Part shown: piece after piece, positions 12,697 through 23,409 of the stretch
Numbering within the stretch: the stretch's first letter is position 1
How the letters are laid out: every line of letters begins with the position of its first letter
NCBI GenBank assembly: GCA_963662545.2
Contig: CAXXLL010000002.1
Coordinates: forward strand, 448,001-512,000
Direction: 5' to 3'
From: Gammaproteobacteria bacterium
GTDB lineage: Bacteria; Pseudomonadota; Gammaproteobacteria; Ga0077536
Length of the DNA stretch: 64,000 nucleotides
Program-made: the position numbers and the translations under genes
The notes under the pieces: model-generated
Databases searched by the model: none
What the model was told of the DNA's origin: nothing
What the model saw: only the letters and a program-made list of their open reading frames with translations

Positions 12697-12790
12697 CTCT
12701 CGCCAAGGCGCAAAGATCGCAAAGTGAACTGTGATCGTTATTAAACTCATTCGGAAATGCTTTCCTGGGGTCTTTGCGCCTTGGCGAGAG
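12697..12790. repeat. 20-bp perfect inverted repeat (REP/MITE-like) between lspA and ispH
   Basis: CTCTCGCCAAGGCGCAAAGA (12697-12716) / TCTTTGCGCCTTGGCGAGAG (12771-12790). Confidence 0.8.
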
Positions 12791-12974
12791 AAATATTGAT
12801 GTTAATGGATGGACACTATTTAGTAGAGACCGTGATGCCGCCGCTGGCGTTAAGCGGTATCTACCAAGGGCCGGGCGGGTGCGTATAATGCATTCTAGTG
12901 ACTCCGACAGGTCGGCGAAAAATATCGGGAAATCATTTTCCGCCATCCTGCCAATTATTTACGGGAAGTAATAG

Positions 12975-13925
12975 ATGCAGATACACCTGGCTAACCCGCG
13001 CGGATTCTGTGCCGGCGTCGATCGGGCGATCGGTATCGTGGAGCACGCGCTCGACCTGTTCGGCGCGCCGGTCTACGTCCGGCACGAAGTCGTGCACAAC
13101 AAGTACGTGGTCGATGGGCTGCGCAATAAGGGCGCCGTGTTCGTCGATGAGCTCGACGAAGTCCCTGACGGCGCGACCGTAATATTCAGCGCCCACGGCG
13201 TCGCAAAAGCCGTCCGCGAGGAAGCGGCCCACCGCAAGCTACGGGTATTCGATGCAATCTGCCCGCTCGTCACCAAGGTGCACATGGAAGTTGGACAGTA
13301 CCAGGACGAAGGCCGCGAATGCATCCTCCTCGGCCATGCTGGCCATCCGGAAGTCGAAGGTACTCTGGGGCAGTATCGCAAAGTCGACGATAAGCACGGC
13401 GGGATGTACCTGGTTGAATCGGTCGAGGATGTCGGGGATCTAAAGGTCAATAACCCGGAATTCCTGGCGTTCGTGACGCAAACGACGCTGTCGATGGACG
13501 ACACTGCCGAGATCATCGCTGCTCTGCGCGCCCGCTTTCCCAAGATCGTCGGTCCCAAGAAGGAAGACATCTGCTACGCGACCCAGAATCGCCAGGACGC
13601 GGTCAAGGGTATGGTCGAATATTGCGATCTCATTCTCGTGGTCGGATCAGAGACCAGTTCGAATTCCACCCGCTTGAAGGAGATTGCGGAAAAGCAGGGG
13701 ATCGCGGCCTACCTCATCGACGATGCTAGCGAGATCAAGACTGATTGGCTGTTGGGCAAGAAAAGCGTGGCGGTGACCGCAGGCGCGTCGGCGCCCGAAG
13801 TGCTGGTCGAGCAGGTCGTCCAGACCTTGAGGGATCACGGCGGCCTGGCAGTCAGCGAGGTGCCGGGAATCCAGGAAGAAGTCGTCTTCAGCCTGCCTCG
13901 GGAACTGGTTAAGGCCGCGAAGTAG
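12975..13925 (+). CDS. ispH: 4-hydroxy-3-methylbut-2-enyl diphosphate reductase
   Basis: [32 protein letters not shown]. Confidence 0.98.
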   Translation: MQIHLANPRGFCAGVDRAIGIVEHALDLFGAPVYVRHEVVHNKYVVDGLRNKGAVFVDELDEVPDGATVIFSAHGVAKAVREEAAHRKLRVFDAICPLVTKVHMEVGQYQDEGRECILLGHAGHPEVEGTLGQYRKVDDKHGGMYLVESVEDVGDLKVNNPEFLAFVTQTTLSMDDTAEIIAALRARFPKIVGPKKEDICYATQNRQDAVKGMVEYCDLILVVGSETSSNSTRLKEIAEKQGIAAYLIDDASEIKTDWLLGKKSVAVTAGASAPEVLVEQVVQTLRDHGGLAVSEVPGIQEEVVFSLPRELVKAAK

Positions 13926-14024
13926 GTGCCGTAGCCGGTCGCGTCATGGTTTGAGAAGATCCGTCAACCTACAAGCGAGATCCTGCGGATCGATCGATGC
14001 AGGCGTCCGTGCAGGCGAACCCGG

Positions 14025-14492
14025 TCAATTACAATATTCCTTTAAGGCTTTCTGCGCCTTGCTGATCCGCGAATTGCGCTGGTCTTCGGTCAGAAACGCG
14101 CGCTCGTTATTCTCATTGACATACTGCAGGCGGTTCGCGCGTGGGCCCTGCATCTGCGCGAGTTGTTCTTTGGCGTTCGTGCAGTTCTTTTTCTTGATGA
14201 CTAATTGCTCCGGTGTCAGCTCCTTGGGGGTCTCGCCAGCGGCGTCCCCACCGGCGCCATCCGTCTCCGCGGTACTACCGGGCGTGCTTTTCACAGCGCC
14301 CGCCGGCTGCTTGGCATAGCGGGGCTTGATGACCTCGCTCTCCGTGCCGCGCGGCGGGGTTTGTGAGAACACGACGTTGCCGTCTTCGTCCACCGACTTG
14401 TACATTTCCGCGGCCGCGGACCCGGCCAGCGCCAGCGCCATTACCAGGATGGCAGTATCGGGCCATCGCATGCCGGCTATTTGCCCCAGCAT
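14025..14492 (-). CDS. DUF4124-domain secreted protein
   Basis: Signal peptide, then MYKSVDEDGNVVFSQTPP; C-terminal Cys pair. Start may be the internal Met (MRWPD). Confidence 0.8.
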   Translation of the reverse strand: MLGQIAGMRWPDTAILVMALALAGSAAAEMYKSVDEDGNVVFSQTPPRGTESEVIKPRYAKQPAGAVKSTPGSTAETDGAGGDAAGETPKELTPEQLVIKKKNCTNAKEQLAQMQGPRANRLQYVNENNERAFLTEDQRNSRISKAQKALKEYCN

Positions 14493-14986
14493 GTGTCGTT
14501 ACCACCATGGACGTTGCCACTGTGGTCAGTGTGGGCGTCACCCTCCGTCCCACGCGAGTCGAGGCTCAGCGCGCCGCACATGGTGTCGGTGTGCGGGGCC
14601 AGCGGTGTGATGGTCAAGAGGTAACTGGTATTGATATTACCCGTCGCGCCCACGGCCATGGTCAGGTCGTAGTTTTCTTCTTCCGAACACGGATTCGCGC
14701 TCTGTGTGCATGCATCGGTCGTCGGTGAATAACCGAGAGAGGTTGCCGCCGTCGTGTACTGGTTGTTGTCGAAATAAAAGCGTTCCTGGCGCGCTGCGGC
14801 TTCCAGCAACAGGACCTTGCCTTCCGAGCGTTTTGCGCGGTCGACATAGTCCTTGTAAGACGGCAATGCCACGGAGGCGAGGATGCCGACGATGACGACC
14901 ACGATCATCACTTCCATCAAGGTGACGCCGCCCTGCCGGCTCCGGCTAGTCTGCCTCGGTGAAGTGCTGTTGCTAGGCTTGTTCAC
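14477..14986 (-). CDS. pilE: Type IV minor pilin PilE
   Basis: G|VTLMEVMIVVVIVGILASVALPSY prepilin motif; C-terminal CG.L.LD...CW. Confidence 0.9.
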   Translation of the reverse strand: MNKPSNSTSPRQTSRSRQGGVTLMEVMIVVVIVGILASVALPSYKDYVDRAKRSEGKVLLLEAAARQERFYFDNNQYTTAATSLGYSPTTDACTQSANPCSEEENYDLTMAVGATGNINTSYLLTITPLAPHTDTMCGALSLDSRGTEGDAHTDHSGNVHGGNDTCWGK

Positions 14987-15041
14987 GTCTGAACCTCCAT
15001 GAAAATCTTCGATTTCGACAAGTCCGTCTCCTGTCGTTCCG

Positions 15042-18000
15042 CTAAAACGTCCGGTATTCCCGCCATGTTATCTCGCCATTGGCGATGCCGCCGAGGGTCG
15101 TGGCATCGGTCGTATCGATGGCACCTGTCGATTTCTGCGTGATGACGGTGACTTTACCAGGAATGTCCTGATCACCGATATGGATACTGGGCGTGGAGGC
15201 GAGACCCGCGCCGAGGTCGACGAAGGGACTCGACTCGCTCACACCCGCGGGGCAACCCGCGCACGGAATTTCTCCGAAGATCGGACTCGGCAGCGCGGTG
15301 CCGGTATTGAAGGCGAGTCCGAGCAGGATACTGGTGCCTTCCGAGGTACAGAGGTCCGTGCTCGGGGTGAACGCGGTGTTGAACAGTACGCCGTCGATCA
15401 GGGTCGAGCGGTTCACGCTGCGCTCCGACGGGTCGGGCGCGTTCGTCGTGTAATGCCGCTGCCAGCCGCCGGCCGTCTCGACCGTTGCCTTGAGGGCGTC
15501 GAAAGTTATAATCACACTGCCGTCACCGTCGAGGTCGACGTCGCCGTTGGTGCGGACTACCGTGTTCGTCGTCACGATCAGGTCGGCGATCGTGGGCGAG
15601 AGGTTCGACGCATTGTCACCGACCGCGGGGTTCTCGTCGATGAATCCGTACAAGGTCTGCTCGGTTATGCTGGTCTTGTCCGCATTCACGTAGAGCCGTC
15701 CGGTGCCCGCCATCACCCAGGTCTGGAATTTCTCATCCACGGTTATTGACGCTTGGGAGATGAAGGGCTTGTTCGCATCCAGCAGCCTTTTGGCGGATCC
15801 CCAGTTGCCGGGATCGGGTTCCTCACCAATGGCTATGCGCCAGATCGAGCCGTCATCCGCGGTGGCGTCGCCGACGGTACCGAAATAAATGGCTTCCGCC
15901 TTCATGTCGACGTCGAAATCGATGACGACGGGATCGCCCACGAAGGTGTTGTTCTCGTTGACTTCTTCATAGCCGGCGCCGGTATTGAACGGCCCCGTCG
16001 TCACGCGCGCGCCATCTATGGTAAGAAGGGAAGCCCGCCCGGATGCCAGGTCAGCCAGATCATAGGCGAACAACCGGGCTTTCTGCGTCGACGTGGCCGT
16101 GCCGAGATCGGTCGGCCCCGATCCGAAGATCAGGTACCACTTATTGGGACTGGAAGTTGTAGTTGCCGGGCCCGGTGGTTCTATCGGGTCGCCAATGATC
16201 GCGATCTGCGGAAAGGAGGTCGTGAAATTGAGCCCATCGGGTGATAGTTCAGCCAGCACGTCGGGCGGACTTTCGGGATCCGTAATGTCGAGTATGACGA
16301 GTGCCGATTTCATCGTCGCGTCCGTACCGCCCATGTTGTCGATATCGAGCGAGATGCTGGTGTTATCCGAACCGCCGCCGAATCGCATGCCCATGACGAG
16401 CACGGTGCCCCAGCCATTGGGGTGGATGGTATCGGGCGCGAAGATCTTCGCATCGAACACGCGCGGCGTATTGTCCATGTAGAAGACGTGTGAGTAGTCC
16501 GGACGGGTCAGCCACTGCAGGTGGGGCAGGAGATTCTTCGGAATATAGGCCCACAGTTCCGCGCCCAGCGGGTGCGGCGTCTGGCTGTTTGGCGACAGCT
16601 CGAACTTCTTCGTAACAGCATTGAAAAAGCCGCCGTTGAACGCGTGGATCATGCCGCCGTTGCTGCCGATATACACGACTTGCCGCCGGTTCTGGTATTT
16701 CGCGCGGAATACGGCGTAACTGGTGTCGAGCGCCAGCAGGTCGAACGCCTCGATAGGCGTCGACACCGGGATCGGCGTCGAGTGGATGATGTCGGCCATG
16801 CGCATCAGTTCGAGATTGCCCGAGGCATGCGCCGCCGTGCCGCCCGCGTTGTTGCCATCGTAGTCCACGATGCGGTTGCGCAGGCCCGTGATGTTTTTGC
16901 CGCGCACCCAGTTGATGATGTTGTCGGCGGTCGCCTGGACGCCCTCGTCCAGCCATCGCCAGCGGTTGTTCGAGCCGAACGCCGAGGTCGTGAAGCTCAC
17001 GATCTCGGCGCCGCCGACATCGACGATATCGTTTAAGTCGTCGTCGACCCAGGTGATGATGTGGCGCCCTTCGTTGGCGCCCGTGCCGACCGCCACGTTG
17101 TAGGAACGCTGGTTCTCGATCGTTCCCTCGTCCAGGTCCGAGAGGCGTTCCCGGGCGTTCCAGATAGTCTGGAGCTCAGTCAGTTCGAGTATCGTAGAGG
17201 TGGCTGTGGCCTCTACGAATTCAAGCGGGTCGCTGGTTGAGAAGCGCCTTATCTTGGAACGCCGGTCGACCTCGTCAAAGAATATCTCGACGACCTTGTC
17301 GACGGTGTAGTCGTCGAGCTGGCCATCCTGGTCGTTGTCCTCGCGAATCAGGCCCTCCGGATCAACCCACAGGGCGTGCAAAGTGCCGATCCACTGCACT
17401 TCGTTCGAGGCGGCCGTGCTGTCCGATTTGAAGGGGTCGTAAAGTGCCTGAAACACGGCGCCGACGCCCTCCTGGTCGTTCGCGACCACGGCCGCGGCGG
17501 TACCGGAGGAGACGCGTTCAATGATGATGTCGAATACCGCGGACAGCGAATCCTCGAGCGCCGCCGGATTGGAGACGAAGAAAAAATTGTCAGGCACGCC
17601 GTCGCCGTCCGGAATACCGTCGGGTATGCCGTCGGGGGGACTATTAACGGTGTTCAGGTCTGGCGTAAACGCGCCGTTCTGGTCGCGGACGTCCCACTCC
17701 TGGCGGAGGTTGGGCGTGCCGTCGTCGTCGGTGTCGTTGAATCCGCCCCATTTGGCGGCGTAGTACAGCGGATTCTCGAGCAGGCCCGCCGCCGGCGTCG
17801 CGCTCACGGTGAAAGTGTGCGAAACGGGCGGGTCACCCACGTTGCAGTTGTTGCAGGCCGGCACGCCCGGAAATACCTCGTCAACGTAGTCGCCGTTCTC
17901 GATGCCGGAATAGGCGTGAAAGCCATCCTCGGTGGTGCCGCTCGTGACGAAACCGAAGAGCTGTTGGTTGACCGTCGATTCCGCAATGACATCGGTGGTG

Positions 18001-20225
18001 ACGGTGATGGTGTTCGCCGCCACGTCGACGATGTAATCCAGCAGGCCCCAGAGATCCTGGTCGTAGTCACCGCCCTGCTCGGAGTCCTTCCAGTTGATGT
18101 AGAACTTGCCGTGGAAAACCCCTGAGCCTACCTGCTCGGTCGGGAACAATACCGTCGGCTGTCCAGCCCCATTGACTTGTGCGGGATTGATCTCGGTGTG
18201 TTTTCGCACGACCTTGAAATCGACCAGCGCGCCGGCGCCTTCCGGTTGCCCTGCTTTGAGCAGGCGGTAACCGGGCAGGATATTGACGGTCGCCGCCGTA
18301 CCGTCCGGCCCGATGGGCGCGACGATCGCCGGCACGTTGGTGGCGAGCGCCACCGCGTAGGTTACGACGTCCTGGACGCCGTCCAGATCCGAACGCATAT
18401 CGTTAGTGCGGGCGTAGTGTGCCATGCCAGCCATGTGAAAAGAGCCCTCCAAGGTTGGCCCCTCGGGGCAAAGCCCGAAACTGTCACCCAGGCTGGTAAT
18501 GGTCTTGGGCGTGCAGACCTCGTCCGTCGCGGCGGCGGTCTTGCCGATAAACCACTTGTTGCCGTGGATGCCCTCACCGACGCCCACCGCGTCGGTCAGG
18601 GCTTTCGGTGTGGCACCGCCAAAGATAGCGCTACTGGTCTCGTTGTTGTCGTAAGAATTGATGCTCGCATTGAAGGCCACGACATTCAGCGAGGCACAAG
18701 CGTTGTCCGCGTCCAGTGGATCGGTCGCCCAGGACACCGAATTCGGCAGGGCCGAGAAGAAACTCGAATCGTTCGCGTTGAAGGCGGGCGTTGGCGCGCG
18801 GCCGCTGCCGACCGAGAAGTAACGCAGCGCCTCGAGGTAGATCTCGGAGATCGGATTACCCCAGGCCTCGCACTTGCCTGCAGTGAGGCCAGCCAGCTGG
18901 AAGCCGCAGTTGTCCTCGCTGTCGTCGCCAAAGTAGGTGCCGCCTTTATTGCCGTTGGCGCCGTAGTCGTAGCCCCAGATCCGCATCGTGTTCAACATGC
19001 CGATGATGTTGCCGGCGGCGGGGGCGGACTTGAAGGTGCCGTCCGTCGTGGTATTGATTTCATCGGTCATTACGCCGACGTTTTTGCGCAGCACACCGCC
19101 TGAGATGTTCTTCTGCCAGCTGCCGGTAATGAGGCCGAAATCGACCAAACCGGTCTCGCCATAGCGCTGTAGCAGCCCGGTCGGCTTAATATTACTGCTC
19201 GGATACTTCTTGCAGTTCTCGAGGTTGTTGCTCGCATCAAAGAAATTGTCGTCGCACACCTCGACGCGCACGATGTGATCCCGGGACCCGTTGGGCGTTT
19301 GGAGTTCGAGTGCCGGGAAAGGGTCGCTGTCGCCGGCGTTAATGCCGGATTGCGCGGATTGATTCTTGTTGATGTCGTCATTGCGGCCTTCGCGGTTGCT
19401 GCCGCTGGTCGGAGCCTCCCAGGTGCACTGCCAGCGCTCATTCGCGCCCCAGAGTTGCCGGTTGGTGCTTACCGCACGCAGCAGTGGTGGGCTGGTCGTC
19501 GTCTGCGAGTTCGTGTTCTCGCCGGAGAACGTGGTATTGCAGATCGTGATGCCTTCGTCGCTGTCGTCGACGCCGTCGTTGTTGCCGCCATTCAGCGTAT
19601 CGGTCTTGACTGAATTAAAGGGAGTGAGCTTGTCCACATCGGCGCCGTTGTAGTACTTCGCGAAGCTATGGGCGTCGGTCGGAAGGTGGGCGCGTTCCAG
19701 CACGGTCAGCGAACTCGTGTCGGTCGAACGCTTACCGCCGAAGAGGATCTTCCGGACGATGTCCATGCGCGACATTGCGGACCAGTTCAGGAAATTGCCG
19801 CTCCACGCGTCCGCGGATCCGCCGCTGCAATAATGCTTGTTAACGGTGCCGTCGGTCGTGGAGACCGGCTCGAAGCGTCCGTTCCCGTCGTCATAGCGGT
19901 AGCACAGCTCCGAATGAAAATAACCGTAGTACGTAAAGGTGTCGTCGTAGGTGGTCTCGATCACTCCGTCCGAATCGACATCCGAATAGTCGTTGTAAGC
20001 CTTGAAGAAGTACTGGTGGTCGCGTGACATCGCGAGCATCACCTGCGGCGTGACGGATTCCACACTCGTCACCGGTCCCGCCGTGTAATCGGCCATCGAA
20101 GCGCCCGAAAGTTGCGCGGCACTGGCATTGAACGAAGTCACGGCAGGAAGAAAGCCGATGCTCAGAACGACGCCGTGCATGAAGTGTTTCGAATAATGGA
20201 TGATGGAATGCATGGGCTTCCTCAT
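15042..20225 (-). CDS. pilY1: Type IV pilus adhesin PilY1
   Basis: 1727 aa; DIIHSTP, YIGSNGGMIHAF, ELWAYIP beta-propeller motifs; operon position. Confidence 0.9.
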   Translation of the reverse strand: MRKPMHSIIHYSKHFMHGVVLSIGFLPAVTSFNASAAQLSGASMADYTAGPVTSVESVTPQVMLAMSRDHQYFFKAYNDYSDVDSDGVIETTYDDTFTYYGYFHSELCYRYDDGNGRFEPVSTTDGTVNKHYCSGGSADAWSGNFLNWSAMSRMDIVRKILFGGKRSTDTSSLTVLERAHLPTDAHSFAKYYNGADVDKLTPFNSVKTDTLNGGNNDGVDDSDEGITICNTTFSGENTNSQTTTSPPLLRAVSTNRQLWGANERWQCTWEAPTSGSNREGRNDDINKNQSAQSGINAGDSDPFPALELQTPNGSRDHIVRVEVCDDNFFDASNNLENCKKYPSSNIKPTGLLQRYGETGLVDFGLITGSWQKNISGGVLRKNVGVMTDEINTTTDGTFKSAPAAGNIIGMLNTMRIWGYDYGANGNKGGTYFGDDSEDNCGFQLAGLTAGKCEAWGNPISEIYLEALRYFSVGSGRAPTPAFNANDSSFFSALPNSVSWATDPLDADNACASLNVVAFNASINSYDNNETSSAIFGGATPKALTDAVGVGEGIHGNKWFIGKTAAATDEVCTPKTITSLGDSFGLCPEGPTLEGSFHMAGMAHYARTNDMRSDLDGVQDVVTYAVALATNVPAIVAPIGPDGTAATVNILPGYRLLKAGQPEGAGALVDFKVVRKHTEINPAQVNGAGQPTVLFPTEQVGSGVFHGKFYINWKDSEQGGDYDQDLWGLLDYIVDVAANTITVTTDVIAESTVNQQLFGFVTSGTTEDGFHAYSGIENGDYVDEVFPGVPACNNCNVGDPPVSHTFTVSATPAAGLLENPLYYAAKWGGFNDTDDDGTPNLRQEWDVRDQNGAFTPDLNTVNSPPDGIPDGIPDGDGVPDNFFFVSNPAALEDSLSAVFDIIIERVSSGTAAAVVANDQEGVGAVFQALYDPFKSDSTAASNEVQWIGTLHALWVDPEGLIREDNDQDGQLDDYTVDKVVEIFFDEVDRRSKIRRFSTSDPLEFVEATATSTILELTELQTIWNARERLSDLDEGTIENQRSYNVAVGTGANEGRHIITWVDDDLNDIVDVGGAEIVSFTTSAFGSNNRWRWLDEGVQATADNIINWVRGKNITGLRNRIVDYDGNNAGGTAAHASGNLELMRMADIIHSTPIPVSTPIEAFDLLALDTSYAVFRAKYQNRRQVVYIGSNGGMIHAFNGGFFNAVTKKFELSPNSQTPHPLGAELWAYIPKNLLPHLQWLTRPDYSHVFYMDNTPRVFDAKIFAPDTIHPNGWGTVLVMGMRFGGGSDNTSISLDIDNMGGTDATMKSALVILDITDPESPPDVLAELSPDGLNFTTSFPQIAIIGDPIEPPGPATTTSSPNKWYLIFGSGPTDLGTATSTQKARLFAYDLADLASGRASLLTIDGARVTTGPFNTGAGYEEVNENNTFVGDPVVIDFDVDMKAEAIYFGTVGDATADDGSIWRIAIGEEPDPGNWGSAKRLLDANKPFISQASITVDEKFQTWVMAGTGRLYVNADKTSITEQTLYGFIDENPAVGDNASNLSPTIADLIVTTNTVVRTNGDVDLDGDGSVIITFDALKATVETAGGWQRHYTTNAPDPSERSVNRSTLIDGVLFNTAFTPSTDLCTSEGTSILLGLAFNTGTALPSPIFGEIPCAGCPAGVSESSPFVDLGAGLASTPSIHIGDQDIPGKVTVITQKSTGAIDTTDATTLGGIANGEITWREYRTF

Positions 20226-20254
20226 GGTCTTGTCCTCGTAATTCCGTGGGCGTC

Positions 20255-20899
20255 TCAGTTGCGCACCAGGACGCGGTAATCTGCGCCCGTGACGATCACC
20301 GCGTTACCCGCGGATACGCCGATCGACCTCATGTCGAAAAAAACGTGTGCGCCCGCTCCGGCAGCGCCGACGCCGGGCCCGAGATAACCCGATCCCTGCG
20401 CTGCCCCGGAACCGGGCGAGAGCATGCTGGCCGTGCGTGTTACCCAGACGTCGGAGAACATGTCGGTGTTGTCCGGGGAGTTGTCGCCGTCGGTATCGAG
20501 CTTGAATCGCATGTCTTCCGTGCGCGCATAGGGATCGGAGACGAGATCCGCGAGTACCCCGTTGGTGCCCATGAAGTAATCCGCCGTGGCATTGACGACC
20601 TCGACCTCGGTCGGGATGTCGAAACTCGCCGTCGCCGGCGCGGTGCCCCCAATAGCCGTCGGCCAGCCGCGATAGAACACGTGGTCTTCAAGCGTCGGCC
20701 CGACCGCAGTTCGCGCACCCTCCGAGCTCTGGAACGCGCGCCGCGAAAGCGTCGTATTCGTCGTCATCTTGAGATCGACGGTGGTCGTGCGCGTGGCGAC
20801 GACCGCAATCATAGTCATGACCAGCAACATGATCAGTGCAATGACCAGTGCCATGCCGCGTTCAATGTGGGAGAAATTCGATTGCGAAGTCCGGTTCAT
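20255..20899 (-). CDS. pilX: Minor pilin PilX
   Basis: ERG|MALVIALIMLLVMT, lacking Glu5 as is typical of PilX; AFQSSE. Confidence 0.85.
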   Translation of the reverse strand: MNRTSQSNFSHIERGMALVIALIMLLVMTMIAVVATRTTTVDLKMTTNTTLSRRAFQSSEGARTAVGPTLEDHVFYRGWPTAIGGTAPATASFDIPTEVEVVNATADYFMGTNGVLADLVSDPYARTEDMRFKLDTDGDNSPDNTDMFSDVWVTRTASMLSPGSGAAQGSGYLGPGVGAAGAGAHVFFDMRSIGVSAGNAVIVTGADYRVLVRN

Positions 20900-20902
20900 G
20901 GT

Positions 20903-21931
20903 TCAGGCCCTCGTGAGGTTTCTTATCTGGACGACAAAATTGAACAGCTTGCGACGGTAGGAACGGTCAGCTGCAACTGGGGTGTAAGGGAACCCGCCGT
21001 ACATATTGAAGGTGCGAGTATCGGTAAAGGTCGCGTCGTATTCCTCGCCCCGGATGACGAGCGATATTTGGACGTTCGTCACCCGGTTCCAATTGCTGTT
21101 GGTGGTGATGGTCGTCGCGTCAAAGTATTGGATCTGAGGCGGATCGACGGATTCGTCCAGAAGGCCGTAAGTGATCTGCATTTGCTCGACGCCCGCGATG
21201 ATGTCTTCCTCGACCAGTTGGGTGCCGCTGAGTACAAGCCGCGTCAGAGTCGGCGTCGTGTCGTCGGCAGCGTCGCAGACGTTGGGCGTGCCGAAATCCT
21301 GGGAGGCGCACTTGCGAATGAAATAGACCGCTGTCTTGAAGCGGTAATTGGTGAATTCTGTGTCGGTTCCGGTGGCCGGATGCACCGGGTAGGGCGTGTC
21401 CGCCTGGATGTCCGCGTCCAGGGCGGCCAGCGCCGTGCCCTGGAAGATGGCGGCCCGGCGCCCGATCGCCGTGCGCAGATAGATGTCGGCCGAGGTGACG
21501 ATGTCTTCCGACCACACGCGCTCCGGTTGCCCATAACGGATGATGAGCATGTCGGTGTTCGGCTGGTAGTCGGAGGCCGGAACGCAACTGAGCGGTGCGG
21601 TCGCCGCGCCCTCGAATCCAATGAATCCGATCGGCGTTAATGCCGGGCTCTCGGCGCAATCGTCGGTAATCGCCACGGTCGTCTCTAAGGAAATGGCGGA
21701 AGCCTCGACGCCACCCCAATGATCGCCCATGCGCAGGTCGTACTGTATCTGGTTGAGGGCATAGCGGGCATTCTCGTTTAGAATGTTAGTGCTCTCCTGC
21801 AGCCGGTAAGCCTGCTTGTTGCTCACGAATATGCTGATGATCCCGGACAGCAGAATCAGTCCGACGGTGATGGAAACCATCAGCTCGATGAGCGTAATAC
21901 CGCGCTGTCGATCGTTGTTTAAAGCTCGCAT
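20903..21931 (-). CDS. pilW: Minor pilin PilW
   Basis: QRG|ITLIELMVS; ENARYAL..I..DLRMG; GVEQMQITYG. Confidence 0.88.
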   Translation of the reverse strand: MRALNNDRQRGITLIELMVSITVGLILLSGIISIFVSNKQAYRLQESTNILNENARYALNQIQYDLRMGDHWGGVEASAISLETTVAITDDCAESPALTPIGFIGFEGAATAPLSCVPASDYQPNTDMLIIRYGQPERVWSEDIVTSADIYLRTAIGRRAAIFQGTALAALDADIQADTPYPVHPATGTDTEFTNYRFKTAVYFIRKCASQDFGTPNVCDAADDTTPTLTRLVLSGTQLVEEDIIAGVEQMQITYGLLDESVDPPQIQYFDATTITTNSNWNRVTNVQISLVIRGEEYDATFTDTRTFNMYGGFPYTPVAADRSYRRKLFNFVVQIRNLTRA

Positions 21932-21954
21932 AATTATGGTTCTCTAGTTCGCGT

Positions 21955-22521
21955 TTACGGCATTTCGTCCAACGCGGGCAGCACGGTCATGATGAATACC
22001 TGGTTCTGTACGTCCGCACCGCCGGCATCGTCTGCGCGGACGGAACGTTCCTCCCACTGCAGCTTGATCGCGTACACATTACCGTTGTCGTCGCAGGCCC
22101 AGTTCGAGGCGTCGCCGTCGTTGGGAGTCGCGTCGCGGCAGACCACGCCGACGCCCAGGGGCAGCACCCCGGCGTTGGATTGCTGCGGCTGGCCGGTGGT
22201 CGTTTGGTTCCACGTAACGAGGTCGAAGGTTGCGCGGGCTTGCGCATCGCAGACCGTCGTCGAGCAATCGGTTGGAAACGAAGTCGGCATGCTGGTGGTC
22301 ACATTGTAAAAACCGTTGCGCACGCCAAACTCATTCGCCCGCATGAGATCGGCCATCGATTCCGCCTGCATGGTCCCGGCGGAACGCAGTTGCGAGCCGT
22401 GGGTGAACCGCATGCCGGCGATTTGCAGGCCGGCAATGCCGAGCAGGCCGATCGCAAAGATCACGATCGCGATCAGCACTTCGATCAGCGTGAATCCTTG
22501 ATGAAGGCGGGCTACGGACAT
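21955..22521 (-). CDS. pilV: Minor pilin PilV
   Basis: QG|FTLIEVLIAIVIFAIGLLGIAGLQ; MADLMRAN. Confidence 0.9.
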   Translation of the reverse strand: MSVARLHQGFTLIEVLIAIVIFAIGLLGIAGLQIAGMRFTHGSQLRSAGTMQAESMADLMRANEFGVRNGFYNVTTSMPTSFPTDCSTTVCDAQARATFDLVTWNQTTTGQPQQSNAGVLPLGVGVVCRDATPNDGDASNWACDDNGNVYAIKLQWEERSVRADDAGGADVQNQVFIMTVLPALDEMP

Positions 22522-23138
22522 GACAGTGCACTCCCGTTCGGTTGTTTGGCCAGGCTCGCTACGCGTCCGGTGCGGCTGATCGCCAGCGCCTTGGCGTATT
22601 GGGCGCCGCGGAAGTCGCACAGAGTGAAAAAGGTGTTGGCGTTATTGCAGGTTTCGAGCGTCGTGATATCGCCATCCGTATTGCAGCGCAGCGAGCCGTC
22701 GCCCACGTAAGCAAGGAAATCGGGCGCGCCGGCGCCTGGGGTCAGGATATTCGTACCCGGATAGGCCGCCTGGCTGGCGATGATGCAGTCGGTCGTGGCG
22801 GTCACCGCGCAATCGTCCGTACCGGGCGGACCGAGGTCGACGACACTGTTGTTGTTGCGATCAACGAATACCAGCCAGCCCTCATCCCAGGTTGTGCCGC
22901 TGCCGGTAGCTTCGCAGGCCGTGCCATTGGTCGAAACGCAGATGAGCACGCGGTCGTTCCGTTTAATGGCCTCGCTGCGCGCGATCGCCAGCGAGGTAGA
23001 CAGTAGGTTGATCTGACTGGTCAACCTGCTGTTTTGAAGGAATGACTGCATGCCGGGGACGCCAATACCCATGAGCACGCCCAGAACCGCGATCGCGACC
23101 ATCAATTCGATGATGGTGAAGCCGAGTTGTCTGTTCAT
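22512..23138 (-). CDS. fimT: FimT/FimU (GspH-like) minor pilin
   Basis: LG|FTIIELMVAIAVLGVL; ARSEAIKR; W..GWLVFVD. Confidence 0.85.
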   Translation of the reverse strand: MNRQLGFTIIELMVAIAVLGVLMGIGVPGMQSFLQNSRLTSQINLLSTSLAIARSEAIKRNDRVLICVSTNGTACEATGSGTTWDEGWLVFVDRNNNSVVDLGPPGTDDCAVTATTDCIIASQAAYPGTNILTPGAGAPDFLAYVGDGSLRCNTDGDITTLETCNNANTFFTLCDFRGAQYAKALAISRTGRVASLAKQPNGSALSCP

Positions 23139-23409
23139 GAGCGAAAGTATGGACAGTGCAGCGAGCCGTTGCCCGCCCCGATCGACGAACGGCGCGAATC
23201 TCGCGGCGAATGGTCGCAGCACCCGAAAAAATATGAACGGCGTCACACTCGTCGGTGCGGTTTCGTGGAAACTCTGCGGCGCGGTAGGCTGGCGACCGCG
23301 TTTCCGGCGGCCGCGCGCAGGGTGGACTCTGGGCAAAAAGTCAGAGCGCGAATGCAAATAATTCTCGTTTATTCTAGACAAGGTCTAAGCAACGCGTATA
23401 CTTCGGATC

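Noticed and set aside
15180-23381. Many + strand ORFs over the pilin operon, and the fimT/pilV N-terminal extensions
   Set aside because: They are antisense shadows; the prepilin motifs fix the real starts.
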